Below are positions 13,711 to 28,972 of a DNA stretch of 64,000 nt, in pieces; position 1 is the first letter of the stretch, and each line of letters starts with the position of its first letter. Location: the NCBI RefSeq assembly GCF_964204645.1, contig NC_134036.1:6230600-6294599 (forward strand), in the 5' to 3' direction. The translations under genes were made by a program, and so were the position numbers. The DNA is from Tubulanus polymorphus (lineage: Eukaryota > Animalia > Nemertea). Under the pieces are notes generated by a model. That model searched no databases. It saw only the letters and a program-made list of their open reading frames with translations, and was not told the DNA's origin.

Positions 13711-14980
13711 ACTACGTATATAGCAACGTTAACATCGAAACCGCTGTTGATATAGATCTTGGGTAGAGAGATCAAATAGCCGAAAATCCATAGAAGCAAA
13801 AACCGAAAAAAATCTCAATTTCTAATGAGTATATGAATTTATTCTAGCAAACGTTTTGAGGAGTTACATTTCCCCTCTTCAGGGATAGCGCAAATAATAA
13901 CATTTTCATATATCTTTCTGGTTAATAATTTGATCAATATCTAAAATATGAAACGTGAATCAAACTCAATATCGTTTAACACAATCTATAATATTAGGTC
14001 CATGGATTTCCGTAGAGGACACACGAAATATTTTCGCAGATTTTATGCATGTGGCATCTTATGTGGGTGAAACGAATTCGAACGAAATTTCAGGGAATGT
14101 TGGGCAACGTCTGTTTTTTCCACATTCATTGCGTAGGAATTTTCATTCAACAAGTTGGATCTAGGTACACCAATCCTGAGTTGTATGATTTGTAAAGGAC
14201 TGAATTAACGGTACATGGTCGATTTCGTTATGAAAAAGAATTATATTCGGTCAAATTGAAATATCTGCAATAGGTATTTTCTAGAGAATTCCATGCCTTA
14301 CCTTGTGATGAAAACAAAAGAAAGTTTCTTTACTTTCAAAGATATCCCAAATCTGAATATTGCGCTAGATCTAAAGTTATATAGTAGATAAGGTTAGCTT
14401 AACTACAAATATAGGTCATGCTTTTTTGAACTGTAATGCATATCTCAGCATTTTCTAGAATCGAATGTATGGCTTAGATACTGAATAGATATTTCAGCAA
14501 GGCGCGTGATGTTAAACGCCTCGAGGCAGTTGCTGTAAAAACAGTCTAGCTTTCTGAATACGACGGCAGTTTTCACTATGTATCATGTAACCATATATAT
14601 ATATATATATGTATTCACTGGTTTCGTGCGCTGCGGTTCTTTTGTAAACCCGAGTTTAGTTAATGCATACATTACATTATCATTAAACTTGCAAATTCAC
14701 ATCTTTTAAACGAAGATGACTTTAATTAGCAGATTGCAAATTGTTTGGATGGACCCCACCATTAAATCCGCGAAATAACAATTAGAAAACTAGATTTGAA
14801 TTTGATTCAATTATGTTTTCAGCAGATTGCAAAATATGTTTTGGATGGACAATACCGCTAACTCCTTGAAATAAAAGTTAGAAAAATAGAATCCAATTTG
14901 ATTCAACTGTGTTTTGCTTCAAGGAAGGGAAACAGCGCGTGGGACGTGCGTGTCAGAATTCCGTTGATGAGTGGTCAACT

Positions 14981-15335
14981 AATTGAAATTGAAATTTATT
15001 TTCATTACGATGTAACATTATTGAACGATATAATAAGTATGATTACACGAAGAAAAATGTAACAGGATAATGGGGCTGTACAGAGAGACTGAAACAGTCT
15101 ATCTAAGCCGTATCACCCAGAAGCATCCACACCACATTCATCACACTCACACATCATGCACACAAGTAATTAACAGGCGAAAAGTAACAGAAAAGTTGCT
15201 CATATTACACATTAACATAGGTTTGTATAGAATGAAAATTTACAAAGTGTTGAATAATGATTTATTGTAGGTACGCTTAAAGGCAGGTTCGCTTTGAATA
15301 GTTTGAATCGATTTAGAGTATTCCATAATAGGGGT
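14981..15335 (-). mobile_element. 5'-truncated L2/CR1-group LINE 3' end
   Basis: Insertion absent from the paralogous spacers (~4015, ~24950, ~47450). The minus strand ends AATAAATTTCAATTTCAAT and carries a degenerate ORF2 end (WNTL...IQSEPAFKRTYNKSLFNTL*). Confidence 0.6.
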
Positions 15336-17724
15336 TAGTTGATTTGTTCAGATTTCTATAACGATATCAGTGTGTGCATGTATGGAAAACGTGACTCGTA
15401 CTTTCTTTGGGGTAAGAAAAACCATTCGTTGTTTTACGCGATGCAAACCAACGCACATTGAAGTAAATACATCTTGGAAAATTTGAAGCTTGGCCCGTAG
15501 AGCATGTAAAAATCTGGTGATTTAGTCCGGAACGTCCGCCGCATTATATAGCTAAGCCGTCCGACTACGTAGTTTTTTTCAAAAGTTATATACCGATATC
15601 TGAATTCATGAGGAGATATTTGCCAGTTCTTTTAATAAAACGTGCTGATTAACATATTCAATTGATCCAATATATCCATGAACTCATAATGTATATGGTC
15701 GGATTCGTATTTCAACGGCGAGTATTTGGAAAAACTTCCTGGGAAGCTTAAACAAAAATATATCATCATATGAACTTTATTTATCTTTTTTTAACCACAA
15801 CTGTTTACAAATACATTATATATTTTACATTATGTTTAAATATGTAATAGATAAGGAATGCTTATTGAGACGAGGGAATATGATTAATAATTTGTAGCTA
15901 TAGCCGAACATATTTGTATTGGAAAAAAAAGATATTTTACTGCTCTCTAGAGTCGCCTATTGAGAATAGAAAGCACGTGAAGAAGAATTTCATTGTTTTA
16001 AAATCAAAACCCATTTCCGATATAAAAGACTTGATTTTCCATTTGCTGCGCTAGCTTCTGAGGTGTATTGAAATCAATTGATGATTTATTCTAGGTAACA
16101 ATACTAATGACAGTCAATTTTTGAAGTCGAACAAAGTCATCATTCGGGTGATGTCAAAATTGTGAGAGAACTGTTCTTTTGGTTAACTTGTCTTATGTAA
16201 TTATCCATTTGAATATCTCTACTAACTACCGACGGCACACGAGTATAGTAGTACAGGGACTGTTTAGATAGTTGTAAACGGAGAAATCTCTTTGTACTGG
16301 AGCTAAAAGAAATCGTCTCTTAGATTCTAGGAAATATTAACCCTTCGAAAAAAGACCAACGGCATTGTAGGCTCTAGCAATTGTATCACTCAAAGCGAAC
16401 TGTTTTATTACGTTTTCAGAGTTGAATTCTCGTTAGAAATTGGAGAAAGAAGACATTTTCGAGGCTGGATTTGATACGCATAATGCAAGGAAGGAAAAAT
16501 GATGTTTTTGGCAGAATATTTTCCCCCGCGATATGAAGTACTAGCGGTCTGTTGTGGTTATATAGCTTGAAACGACTAGTGCCGCGTGGTTTGCGCACGC
16601 AAAGGTGAGCCTACGATTTCTGATATAATTTGATCACGCATCGAGTTCATGCTCACGGCACCGGTTCCTAATTCGAGACTTAAGTCCGAAATTTGTCTTG
16701 ACAGCATTTACAATTAAATGTGCATTTCATTCTAAAGTCTTTCGATTGACTATAGAATTAATGTTAACTTAAACTGGTCTGCAGTCTGATTTAACTAAGG
16801 AACCGGCCCCTGAAGTCGTGTCTTTTTATTTGGAATGACCACCCATATTAGTCGACATCGCTGCAGATGTCTGAAATATATCTAGTATTTTATTTGATAG
16901 GGTGTAATATCTACGCGGATTCTGCGAAATCGAACACACATTTTTACTAGACAAATTTTAGCCCGCTTCATGTATTTTTTATTGCTGGAACCTAAACCGT
17001 GACTTAGTGAGTTTCGGTGTGGTTTATCATATTATCATCTTTAGTAAAACCAGCCTATATAAAGGCTTACAATACACACAATATCATGTTAAATTACGAG
17101 ACCCTGACGGTCGTAAGGACGCCCTTTTTAACCAGATAAAACATATTTGATAATTTAGAAATTTGTAAGAATGAGACATATCTAATGATATAGCAATCAT
17201 ATAGTCTCCTAATTGAAAAAGATTGACGTGATATTCCGACATAAGAACACGTTCATAATACACGTAACACACAATGTGCCTTACTGATCGGGAACTTTTC
17301 ATCTTAGAACGCAACTAATACCCCGGTTAACTAAGTGATTTGTGCAGATTTAAACTATTTCTATATTTAATGTACTCTTAAACCGTGATTATCGCGACGA
17401 CTTCCATATTGATGCTGCTGTTTAACCGATAGAGCTAGTTTGTGAAAATGTGTTATTGTCGCATTTAATTTTATATTTGGATGTATTCATAATTATTTCG
17501 TGTTAATTGTCTTTGCGAACAGCGATGGATCAAATCAAACGGTTACCACTTAGTGAAATCGTCTTGTTAGCGCTAATGATTATAAAGAATAGCGGAAAAA
17601 TAAATGATTGGATAGAAAAAAAGCCAAATGAAATACGTAGTAAATAAAACAACATTAACTAAAATTGAGCACTTCATACCAAGGCATGTCTCGTACTGAG
17701 AGTAACGACTCGAGAGTACTCGTA

Positions 17725-17775
17725 ACGAACCAACGAACGAACGAACGAACGAACGAACGAACGAACGAACGAACG
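17725..17775. repeat. (CGAA)n microsatellite
   Basis: Direct reading; just downstream of the R3 stop. Confidence 0.9.
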
Positions 17776-17845
17776 ATAGTTTTGTAGATAGTTAATTAGA
17801 AACATCGTTTTGACTGACGACATTAACCAACCACTCTGTGCTATT

Positions 17846-20800
17846 TCATTTATCTGTTCGATGTTGCCTGCGTTTAGTTTTTGCACGTATGGATTTCATA
17901 TCGATAGTCAGTATGGTGTAAAGAAGGGGATTGAGGGACGAGTTGATCGGTAAGAAAAGGACTGCCAGCCAAGCCGCCACCTGATTCGGAATGTCCACGC
18001 GGAGTACAGCGCAAAACTGAACGATAATTAACGGCAACCAGCAAAATAAATTACACAGATTTATTACCAAACTCCTACGTGCCAAAACTAGTTCTGTAGG
18101 GTCAATTCTGCCCGAACCAGACCTGCTTCCAGATACGAGTCTGTACATTTGCACATAAGTCGCTATTATCGTAGCGAGTATGAAGGAGTTGGCGAATGAA
18201 AAAATAGCGAATGAATATTGCCAGGCTTTGACATCAATTGAAATTAAATTCATTGGTAAACAAACTCCAGTTGTCCCATAGAAATTGTTTCCAAAGTAAG
18301 GGAGAGGTATAAGAGGAAGCAAAGCAATGGCAAACAAAACAATCCAACATGTGCAGCATAGAATGTACATATATCTCGGAGATGTAATTGGATTTCTCGA
18401 AAATGGATCGACGATATTTACGAATCTATGACGCGTCATGATGAGCAAAAATAATAATGAACCTTCACAAGAAGTAGATACCAGTACTCCACCCAGACGG
18501 CAAAACAAACTGTTCGTCCATGATTCAGAATGGAGAAAGTAAATACCTTTGTAAATATAATCGGCTCCAGCGATCAAAAAGAGATAGATAGACATCATGA
18601 AATCACACACAGCGATATTAATGATGATGATGTCTGAAGATGGATTTGAGGGGGAAAATCGTATCGCTTGAATACGAAGAGAAATGACAATTCCGTTAGC
18701 GATAAAACTGAATGAAGCGATGACCCAAATGATAGCTCTGAGCACTGTGTTACCCATCAGATCAGAACAGGAGGAAAATTGATCAGCTTCCGGGAGGCAC
18801 CGGTCAACATTCGGAGCCATGCAGCAAAATTTGTAAGCATCAGACTTTAAGGAGACCAACGATGTCAGGTTGTTGAAAACATTTCTGTCGACAGAAATAA
18901 CTTTGTAGTTGTTGGTTATATCAAGAATTTCAAGTGAAGTTAATCCAGAAAATGCGTAATGCGAAATATGATGGATTCTGTTATTGCTGATATTCAACGA
19001 CTGTAATGTAGATAAACCTCGAAATACGTTTCTACCAAGCACCAACAACGAAAGTTCGTGAAGGTCGAGAACTTTAAGTGACTTCAAATCTTGGAAGGTA
19101 TCGTCCTGTAAATGACGTATTGGATTTTCAGTAATCAATAACTCTTTCAAACTATACAAACCGAGGAATGTTTTTGCAGATAATGATGTGATGTTGTTGT
19201 GTGTAAGATCTAATATGTGTAGATTATGCAGGTTTGAGAACGATTAAGGTAAAATATTAGACAATTCATTGAAGGAGATGTTGAGCATGCACAAATAGAT
19301 ATATGAAAGGAATGTCGACGTGTCTAAGGTAATTTCGTTATTCGACAAAATTAAAACTCGAATTGATACCGAGAAAAGACCGGTAATGTTTTTTAAACCA
19401 GTATTTCTACAGTCGGTCAGATGACCTTGACACTTACAACCTCTCAGACAGGTGACGTTACAGAAAGCCTCGTCATCAGTTGTATATTTACAATTTACGA
19501 CACCATCGCAAAGTTCAGATTGTGAAATACATCTCTTTTCGTGGCCACATTTAAACATTCCTGGACATGAAAATGTCTCGCAGTTTTGCTCATCTTCTGA
19601 ATTAGGACAATCCGATTGACCATCGCACACCTGTCTGATCGGTATACAGTACGATGCTGGACATTTTACAGTACCAGCTGGACATTCAAATTCTTCACAT
19701 CTCAATACGTGCTCAAGATTTCTACAAACTGGGAAATCATTCGTCATTCTTTCTAGAATACATCTGTGACGTCTTGAATAACAATGAGGAGAATTAAAAG
19801 AACATCTTTGTTCATCAGATTCCGTACAGAGATTTGTAAAGTTAGTCGTACAGTGGTTTTCATCATTACAATGGACCGTAGGATTCACTGTAATATTAGT
19901 AGTTGTTACTAATTCATCTTCTTCAAGGCTTCCACTACAATCCACAACACCATCCTGATACAACTGAGAACTGATACAATCTCCACTCTTACACAGGAAC
20001 CCTTTACATTGTTCAGAAGTGCAACCGATTTCATCGGAGCCGTCTTTACAATTAGTGACTCCATCGCATCTGTTAGACCTACTGATACATTGACCACTTA
20101 TGCACCGAAATTGTTCGGACAAACACGCGGGGTGAAAACACGAGTTCTCATCAGAACCATCCGCACAATGCTGTATAAAATCACAGAAACCACTTATGGA
20201 TATAACCTGACCATCATTGCAATAAAACTGGCTGTGCAAATCAATATCCGTACAATTGAGTTCATCTTCACCGTATTGACAGTCGCGTCTGGTATCACAT
20301 ACGCGATGGTCACTGATACATCTTTGATCGTTACATTTAAACTGCCACGATTTACAACCACTTATAGAAGCTAACTCCTCATCAGTAACATTGTACGAAC
20401 ACAGAACAGAATGTGCTGTATCTGTCGCATTATCAAACTGGTTCATTATCCATTGAACTGATTTGACGTAAGTAATTTCATCTCTAGTAATTATTGGTTT
20501 TAAAACTAGTGGTCGGTTATTATAATTCATAAAAAGTATGGAGCTATATTGATGTTGAAAGCTAAATTTTGATATCAAGTTCATTGTTTCGTTATGACGG
20601 TGGCTATTTTGCCTCGGATTTCGAGACACATCTCCGTCGCCGTTTTTATATCTAAACCTCGATGTTTGTTCCAGTCTGTCAGTATTTGATAGCATTGTTT
20701 ATTTATGCTAACCCAACCGAACACACAGCTCGCGTCATTGAAACCGGTTACATGAAACGATTTTTTACGTATCAGAATTGTGTTGTTTTTGGTTATATTT

Positions 20801-23800
20801 AACGTTTTAGCTGTTGTATTTTCGAAATCATCTCCTTCCGTTTCACAAATGAAACCCGTGTGCACCTCCTCGATTTCGCAGGGGAATCGAACCCAGTTCG
20901 CTGATCCTCGTGGATTATTCAGTATCATCGCTGTACATGGCATATTGACGTCATTTATCGGTTGTTTTCGAATAGAAGATATCAATCCTTGAATAACTTC
21001 CGGTATCGTGTCGTTATTTGTAGGTTTATACCACTCTGTGTAGCTCAATGGTTTCCCATCAGTCCACGTGTTATCACCAGTCGTCGACTATGAATACAAA
21101 CATGAAAATCTTGAAAAACTTGAAAAAACGAGCCAGCCGACAGACTTTGTTTTGTTTTTAATGCGAATGAATAGCAGGTTGGCATTAGGAAGTGCTGTTC
21201 AACATACCTGTATCTTTAATCCAATCATCATTATGAGCGCCTTCTGTGAATACGCCTCATTGATCAGTGGTTTAGTAGCGAATAAAGTTTTAATAGAAAT
21301 CATTTCCTGTTCTGAGTTGATACTGAGTAGATGTCCCACGTAATTCTGTCTACAATACAATTCAGCATTCTCCCAATTCAGGCGTTCACCTCGGATATAT
21401 TTTACGCAAGAAATTCCCGAATCTTGGAATCCTGATTTACAGACATTTTTTAACGGTTTTACCGGTAACTGCTCTAAAACGTATTGTATCTTAAATTTGG
21501 GTATTCGGTTTTTCACCTCGAACCACATCCATATTTCAAGTAAACTGTAAAACGTAATTCCAGGCTCAGCAAACTTGTCGCATAGTTTTATTGTTTTTCG
21601 GGCAGCGCTCCTAGAAGTGGATGAATAACTCATTTCCTGGATAAACATGACGGATTCCAGTTTGTCTCGGGATTCCTTCATACACGACGTCTTTTCCATG
21701 CTTTTGATGATGAATCGATAAAACTGAATCCAGGTAAAGGCTTGCCAGAACTCAACTCTGTATTTCAATGTAACAGTTGAAGTTCCGGCAGATCTTGGGT
21801 AATTCGGTGACTGCACGATTCCGCAGTCACCTCCTTTTCTCCTGTCGATCCAGCCAATGTTTGAGTTAGTTTGGATTAATGTTTGGCAACTGCGCCGCAA
21901 TTCAACGATAAGCGGGAATCTCCAGAACAGATTATTCCATCCGAACGTCACAGTGTGCAGTATGAGACTGTTATTGAGACGCTGAATACTGAGAGACATG
22001 AAATTTCTACATCTTCTGAGAGGTTCCGTATAATCCGGCGTGCACCCACCAATTTCATATTCGTTCTTTGAAAATACGTAAACTCTATGTAATCGAACTC
22101 GGTTTTCGGGTGTAATCCTGAAACAGTTTGACGTCTGCGGCACTGTCACCCGGTCTTCTCCTTCCCGTAGAGTATAACCGTCACATTCAGTCGCACGTAA
22201 ATCTAAAGAACCAGTTACTCTCCACTTTTCTTGACTGTTATAAACATATCCTACTACGATAACAGATCCTCCTGATGTAATCAGACTGACGACACTACGT
22301 CGATAACCCGATGGACCGGGACAATACGGACCGTATCGTCTAGCCGTGAAATTACCACCGTCGTATATGTAAAATCCAGCGAGCTCGCAATTCACAGACA
22401 GCACCGGTAATTGAAGGTCGCTCTCGTAGATTTCAACTTTCCATTTGAACTCGTACATATTTACACGATACCTCAAAGTCCTCGTTGGAGCTGGTAGCAG
22501 CAAGTAGTATGCCAGCGACGCCGTTTTTAGTTTGCCAAATATCTAAATATTTTGCGATTTGTGGGTAAGATTTATTAATATTACCAATTTCATTTTATAG
22601 ATGCAAATATCCCTCGTCGAGGTTTGCATTAAAGAGCATGTATAATTTGATACTAACCCGGGGTTTATAGATGCGCAATTTTGACATCGACATTGATATT
22701 ACTATGAAGCCTATTCTCACATTCGATTCGGTGATGTTCGGTCTCGTTAGGACGCACAGTATGACGAGAAATCCGTCAGATTTGACACTCAGTGATTCCA
22801 GGTGGTTGGAACCGAGTAAAATATCAGTTCCTACAACACGTAACCCTTCTTGTTTATATACACCAATGACGTCACCGAATGTGCTGAGATCACGTGTCCA
22901 GTTGAAGACGACGTACTGTAACACCTGCACTGTGATAGACCAGCAGTGTAAGTGTTTCGATCGAGTTATTACGTGTGGACTGTTATCATCGGGAATGAGC
23001 ACTCCCGAATCGTTATTAGAGATCTGAAACAACGGATTAGATACGTTCCAATCTGATATTTCATACATTTGAAACATAAGTTTAGTCGTCGTTTCGCGTT
23101 GCTCTGACGCAGAAATCATTGCTTTGTTAGTTTTGGTATAAAACGATGACGGCTGTTGTCCGCTCTGTACCCCTATAAGCGCTATTGGTTCACGGCTACT
23201 GTTCCAGCCATCATAGATTCGAAAATTCGCCGCTGGATCGACATCAGCGCGAGGAAATAGTTTAAGGTCCAAATCAACGAAGGTTACATTAATCGCCAAA
23301 CCATCCGGGATGCCGTTCCATTCGACGAACAGCTGACATCCGTGATGAAAGAACATCGTGAATTTGTATCCGGTCGATGTTTTCAATTCATTCACTTTAA
23401 AATTCCAGATTCCGCATGCGTGGCTGATTCTCAATCGACTTCGATCATAACGATATATGACATAAACCCGACTACCTCTCGTGCCATTGACGTTACTCCT
23501 AAACATCAACGAGATCGAATCGTTACGTTGGATTTCAGGTTTACCATAACCGCATAATCGGTTACCAGACTCATGGACGAGAATAAAGTTATCATTGCAG
23601 AATATTGACGGCTCAATGTCGTAGTAAACCTGGACGTGAAAAGTTCCCGGTAAAGAACTGTTGATGAACCAACGACATTCAACACCGCGCGTTAACGAAG
23701 GGTAATTCGGTGAAACGATGTAACCGGACGTAGAATCTAGCGGGTACCACGTGTTGTTACAAGACGAACTTACCGTCACAGACAATTCCTCGATAGAGTC

Positions 23801-23890
23801 TGCGCGATTAGCGCGCGCGACGCGAACTTGACAGACGATCAGCGACGCTATAAACAGCGCTCTCAATCGCTGCTCCATACCGAACAACAT
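17846..23890 (-). pseudogene. GRL101-like receptor copy R3: exons 1-2 intact, exon 3 disrupted
   Basis: Exons 23890-22658 and 22542-21208 are open. Versus R5: intron-2 acceptor deleted (~21073-21081), 16-bp frameshift deletion at ~20593, AAA>TAA nonsense at 19244-19246. Confidence 0.85.
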
Positions 23891-26800
23891 CACTGCGACA
23901 GAATGAACGAAATTCGTCAAGTTTCACAGAATCTGTCATTGGTCGGATCATGATCCGCTTTCATCCAATCAGAAAATTCACCCAGCCGGGTATATATATA
24001 TATCTGATTGGATGAAATCGGATCGCAGATTTTATGCATGTGGCATCTTATGCGGGGGTGAAACGAATTCAGATGTTGGGCAACGTCTATTTTTTCCACA
24101 TTTATTGCGTAGGAATTTCCATTCAACAAGTTGGATCTAGGTACACCAATCCTGAGTTGTATAATTTGAAAAGGACAGAATTAACGGTACATGAGTGATT
24201 CCTCGATGAAAAAGAATTGTATTCGGTCAAATTAAAATATCTCTGCACTAGGTATGTTCTAGAGAATTCCATGCCTTACCTTGTGATTGATTAAAACACA
24301 AAAGAAAGTTTCTTTACTTTCAAAGTTATCCTAAATCTGAATATTGCGCTAGATCTAATGTTATATAGCAGATAAGGTTAGCTTAACTACATATGTAGGT
24401 CACGCGTATTTGAAATATTCTGCATATCTCAGCATTTTCTAGAATTGTACGTATGGGTTGGATACAAAATAGATATTGCAACAAGGCGCATGATGTTAAA
24501 CGCCTCGAGGCAGTTACTGTAAAAACGGTCTAGCTTTCTGAGCAGTTTTCACTATGTATCAAGTATCCCTCAACAAGACATATATTCACTGGTTTCGTGC
24601 GCTGCAGTTCTTTTGTAAACCCGAGTTTAGTTAATGCATACATTACATTATCATTAAACTATCAAATTCACATCTTTTAAACGAAGATGACCTGAATCAG
24701 GAGATTACAAATGTTTTGGATGGACGCTACCATTAACTCCTTGAAATAACAATCAGAAAACTAGATTTCAATTCGATTCAATTATGTTTTTAGCAAATTG
24801 CAAAAAAATGTTTTGGATGGGCAATACCGTCAACTCCTTGAAATAACGATTAGAAAAATAGAATCCAATTTGATTCAACTATGTTTTGCTTCTAGGAAGG
24901 GAAGCAGCGAGTGGGACTTGCGTGTCAGAAGTCGGTTGATGAGTGGTCGACTTAGTTGATTTAATCAGATTTCTAAAACGATATCAGTGTGTGCATGTGT
25001 GCATGGAAAACGTGACTCGTACTTTCTTTGTGGTAAGAAAAACCAAGCGTTGTTGCTAACGGGATACGAACTAGTGCATCTAAAAGTAAATTGATTTTTG
25101 AAAATTTGAAACTTTGCCCATTGAGAGCATGTAACAAAATCAGGTGCCTTAGTCCGGAACGTCCGCATAATATAGCCGCCTGACAATTTAGTTCGTTTCA
25201 AAAGTTTTAAAGAGATAAATGCAGTCTTGAAGAGACATTTGCCAGTACTTTTAATTAAATTTGCTGACATATATGTTCAATTGATCCATTTATGTCCATG
25301 GATTCATAGTGTATATGGTCAGATGCGTGTTTCAACGGTTTGAAAAACCTCCTGGGAGGCTTAAACCAAAATATATCAACAACTTTATTTATCTTTTTTT
25401 AACAACAACCGTTTACAAAAACATGGTGAAATGTACAGTATGTCTGAAGATGTAACATATAAGGAATGCTTACTGAGTTCATAGAATATGATTAATAATT
25501 TGTAGGTATAGCTGCCGAGCCTATTTGCATTGGAATAAGATTTCTTAATGTTCTAGAGTCAGTGGAGAAAATAGGCATAGGTGAATTTATTGTTTTACTT
25601 CCGACTCCGTTTTCGATATGAAAGACTTGATTTTCCTTTTTCTCCGCTAGCTTCTGAAGTGTACGGAAATCAATAAATGATTTATTCTAGGTAACAATAT
25701 TGAACACTTTTTGAAACTGTATGGGTAGATGCATTTATTATTCTGAGATTTCATGAGCTTAAATATCGCTATTGAAATATTACGAAAATTTTAAGCTAGC
25801 CTAGTGGGATAAGAAAAGGTAAATGAAAATATTTCGAGGAACGACCGAGCCTCGTTCCATAGGTCAACACTCAACAGACTCGAAACAATAAAAAACCGTC
25901 TACACTCTAAAGCTCTGTGAGTCAATTTTTTATGGCGAACAAATCTATACGGATAGTTAATTCTGTACTAGAGCTAACAGAAATCGTCTCCAGTAAGAAA
26001 TACTAGCGATTCGAAAAAAGACCACGGCATCGTAGGCTTTTGCAATTGTATCATTCAAACCGAACTGTATTATTACGTTTTCAGAATTAAAATCTCGTTC
26101 GCAATTTGAGAGTCATTTTCCAGGATGGATTTCATATGCATAATGCGAGGAAGGCAACTAATGTTTTTGCCAGAAAATATGAACAACGATATGAACATCT
26201 AGCGGTTTATTGCGGTGATGTAGCTTGAGACGACTAGTGCGTGTGGATTGCGTAAGAAAAGGTGAGCATACAAATTCTGATACATATAATCATGCATTGA
26301 TATTATTTTCACGGTGCCGGTTCCAAAGGCGAGACTTAAGTCCGAAAGTTGTCTTCACAGCATTTACAATTAAATGAGTCTTTCGATTGACTATATAACT
26401 AATGCTAACTTAAACTGGTCTGTCGTTTGATATAACTAAGGAACCGGCCCCTGAAGTCGTGCCTTTTTATTTGGAATGACCACCTATATTAGTCGACATC
26501 GCTACGGATGTCTGAAATATGTCTAGTGTTTCATTCGATAAAATCACTCGGATTCCTTGAAATCAAACAAAAATTTTCACTAGAAAATTTTAGCCCGCTT
26601 CATGTATTTTTATTGCTGGAACCTAATCTGTAACTTAGTCAGTTTCGGTGTAGTTTATCATATTTTCATCTTAAGTAAAACCAGCCTATATAAAGGCTTA
26701 CAATACACACAATATCATGTTAAATTACGAGACCCTGACGGTCGTAAGGACGCCCTTTTCAACTAGATAAAAGCATATTTGACAATATAAAATTTGTAAG

Positions 26801-28619
26801 AATGAGACATATTCAATGACATGGCAATCACATACGTAGTCTCCTAATTGAAACATATTGACGTAATACTCCGACATAAGAACAAGTTCATAATACACGT
26901 AACACACAATGTGACTTGTTGAAGGAGAACTTTTCATCTTAGAACGCAATTAATACCCCGTTTATACCCGGTTAAGTAGTTGATTTGTGCAAATTTCAAC
27001 TATTTTTGTATTGAATGCACTCCTAAACCACGTTGATCGCGACGGTTTCCATATCGATGCCACAGTTTAACCTATAGAGCTTTTTTGTAAAAATCTGTTA
27101 TTACGCATTTAAAATCATATTCGGATGTATTCATAATTGTTTCTTGTTAATTGTCTTTGTGAACGGCGATGGATCAAATCAAACGGTTACCGCTTAGTGA
27201 AATCGTCATGTTCGCGTTAATGACTTTAAAGAATAGAGAAAAAGAATTGATTGGATGGGAAAAAAATGTCCAATGAAACACGCAGTAAATACAACAACAT
27301 TAAACACAAATTGAGATTTGCTTTTATTTTATGAATTCAAACAACGTTTCGGATATAAGCTAATAACTTTATACTAAGGCGGGTTTCGAACTGTGGTATC
27401 GAGTACCATTAAATTCGGCTCCCTACTGGGACAGGTTGGACGTACGTATCTACTGAGCCAGTGTTTCGAACCGAACCAGAAATTCAAAATTTCCTGCGTA
27501 AGAATCGGATCGATTGATCATAACTATCAGGATTAAACCAGTGTCCGGGAGCGCACTTCTTGAAAACGACATCAAATATATTCAGTCTTTCAAAATATGC
27601 CTTCGTACTTCTATCTAACTGTTTAGTCTATCTTCAACGATAATGATGAAAGATACGTTCAACCCTTTCGTAACGTGGTATACGCGGTCTTCTACGTGGT
27701 ACGCGGAAAATTCTTAGCACCGTATACAATTGCAATGACCTCGATGGGGGAGGGGGGGGGCGTAGTCTCTACGAGCGAATGGGATTGGCTGTGTTTGGGA
27801 TATACGGGGAATTCCGGCGCTACTAAAATAATCATGGGAAAGCCATTAATGGCGACCGTTTCATTGGACTGGTGCCGTATATGTGCGAATCTTAAATGCT
27901 TATTGTTGGTGAGAATATATTTCACATATCGCCATAGGTATTGTTTCATCTTAATACCCGGTGATTGGTGATTGAGATCGAAATGAAGCGAACGTTCACT
28001 ACACAAGGCCTCCACTTGCGCAAGAGTGCTTAACACTAGACTGTTGCACACACAAACACGCGCTCATACAGACTACTATATGGTGATGCTGTAACGCTGC
28101 TTGGCGCGTTCACGTTTGGTATGACAACAGGCTGAATAATCGTCGTAGCAGAAGGTGAGCGCCGTGTTTTCTGTTTGATTGAATTTGTAATAAATTGTAA
28201 TTTCTTGTGATCTGAAAATACTAAGCAGCAAACTATAGGTATAGGTCGAGGTCTGAATATTGTAGTGGTAAATTCCAGGATTTAAAACGATCTAATACTA
28301 CGCCCCGGTGTTTTAGCTTCTGCGGCCATACATTGGAAGAGGTTTCCAAGACTCAATATTCAGCCACCCTCTGAATATGTGACATCGTATGAATTTTATT
28401 TGAATATTTTTTCATATTGTGAAAAATATTTTTTCGAAAATATAAATAAGTTTCCCTGCCGCGCCTGCCTGTACCCTACGAAATTTTGGACGTAGACCAT
28501 AAACAAATGTGTATCTTTGGTCTTATTTGACTACAAAATGATACTGTAAGAAAGATAAAATACAATATAAACTTCTAGAAATTTGAAGTCACGAATTAAT
28601 AAGATTTTTCAAGCAATTT

Positions 28620-28972
28620 CAAGGAAAATTGATCAGCTTCAGGAAGGCACCGGTCAACATTCGGAGCCATACCGCAAAATTTGTAAACGTCTGACCTCAG
28701 TGAGACTAATGTTGTCAGATTGTCAAAAACAAACGGAAATAATTTTGTTATTATTGGTTATATTAAGAATTTCTAGTGATGTTAATCCAGAAAATGCGTC
28801 ACTTGAAATGTGATAGATTTTGTTACTGTTGATATTCAACTTCTGTAATGTAGATAAACCCACAAACGCGCGTTCAGAAAGCATCAATATAAAATGATCT
28901 TGAATATCAAGAATTCGGAGTGATCTCAATCCCGAAAAACTGTTCTCCTGCAAATAATGAATCGGATTTTTA
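28620..28972 (-). pseudogene. Remnant LRR/hinge fragment of a sixth GRL101-like receptor (R4-type)
   Basis: QENSFSGLRSLRILDIQ...LNITNNNKIISV then ...LPEADQF matches R4 at ~40300-40660. It has a small frameshifting deletion and FCC>FCG; flanking coding sequence is absent. Confidence 0.85.
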
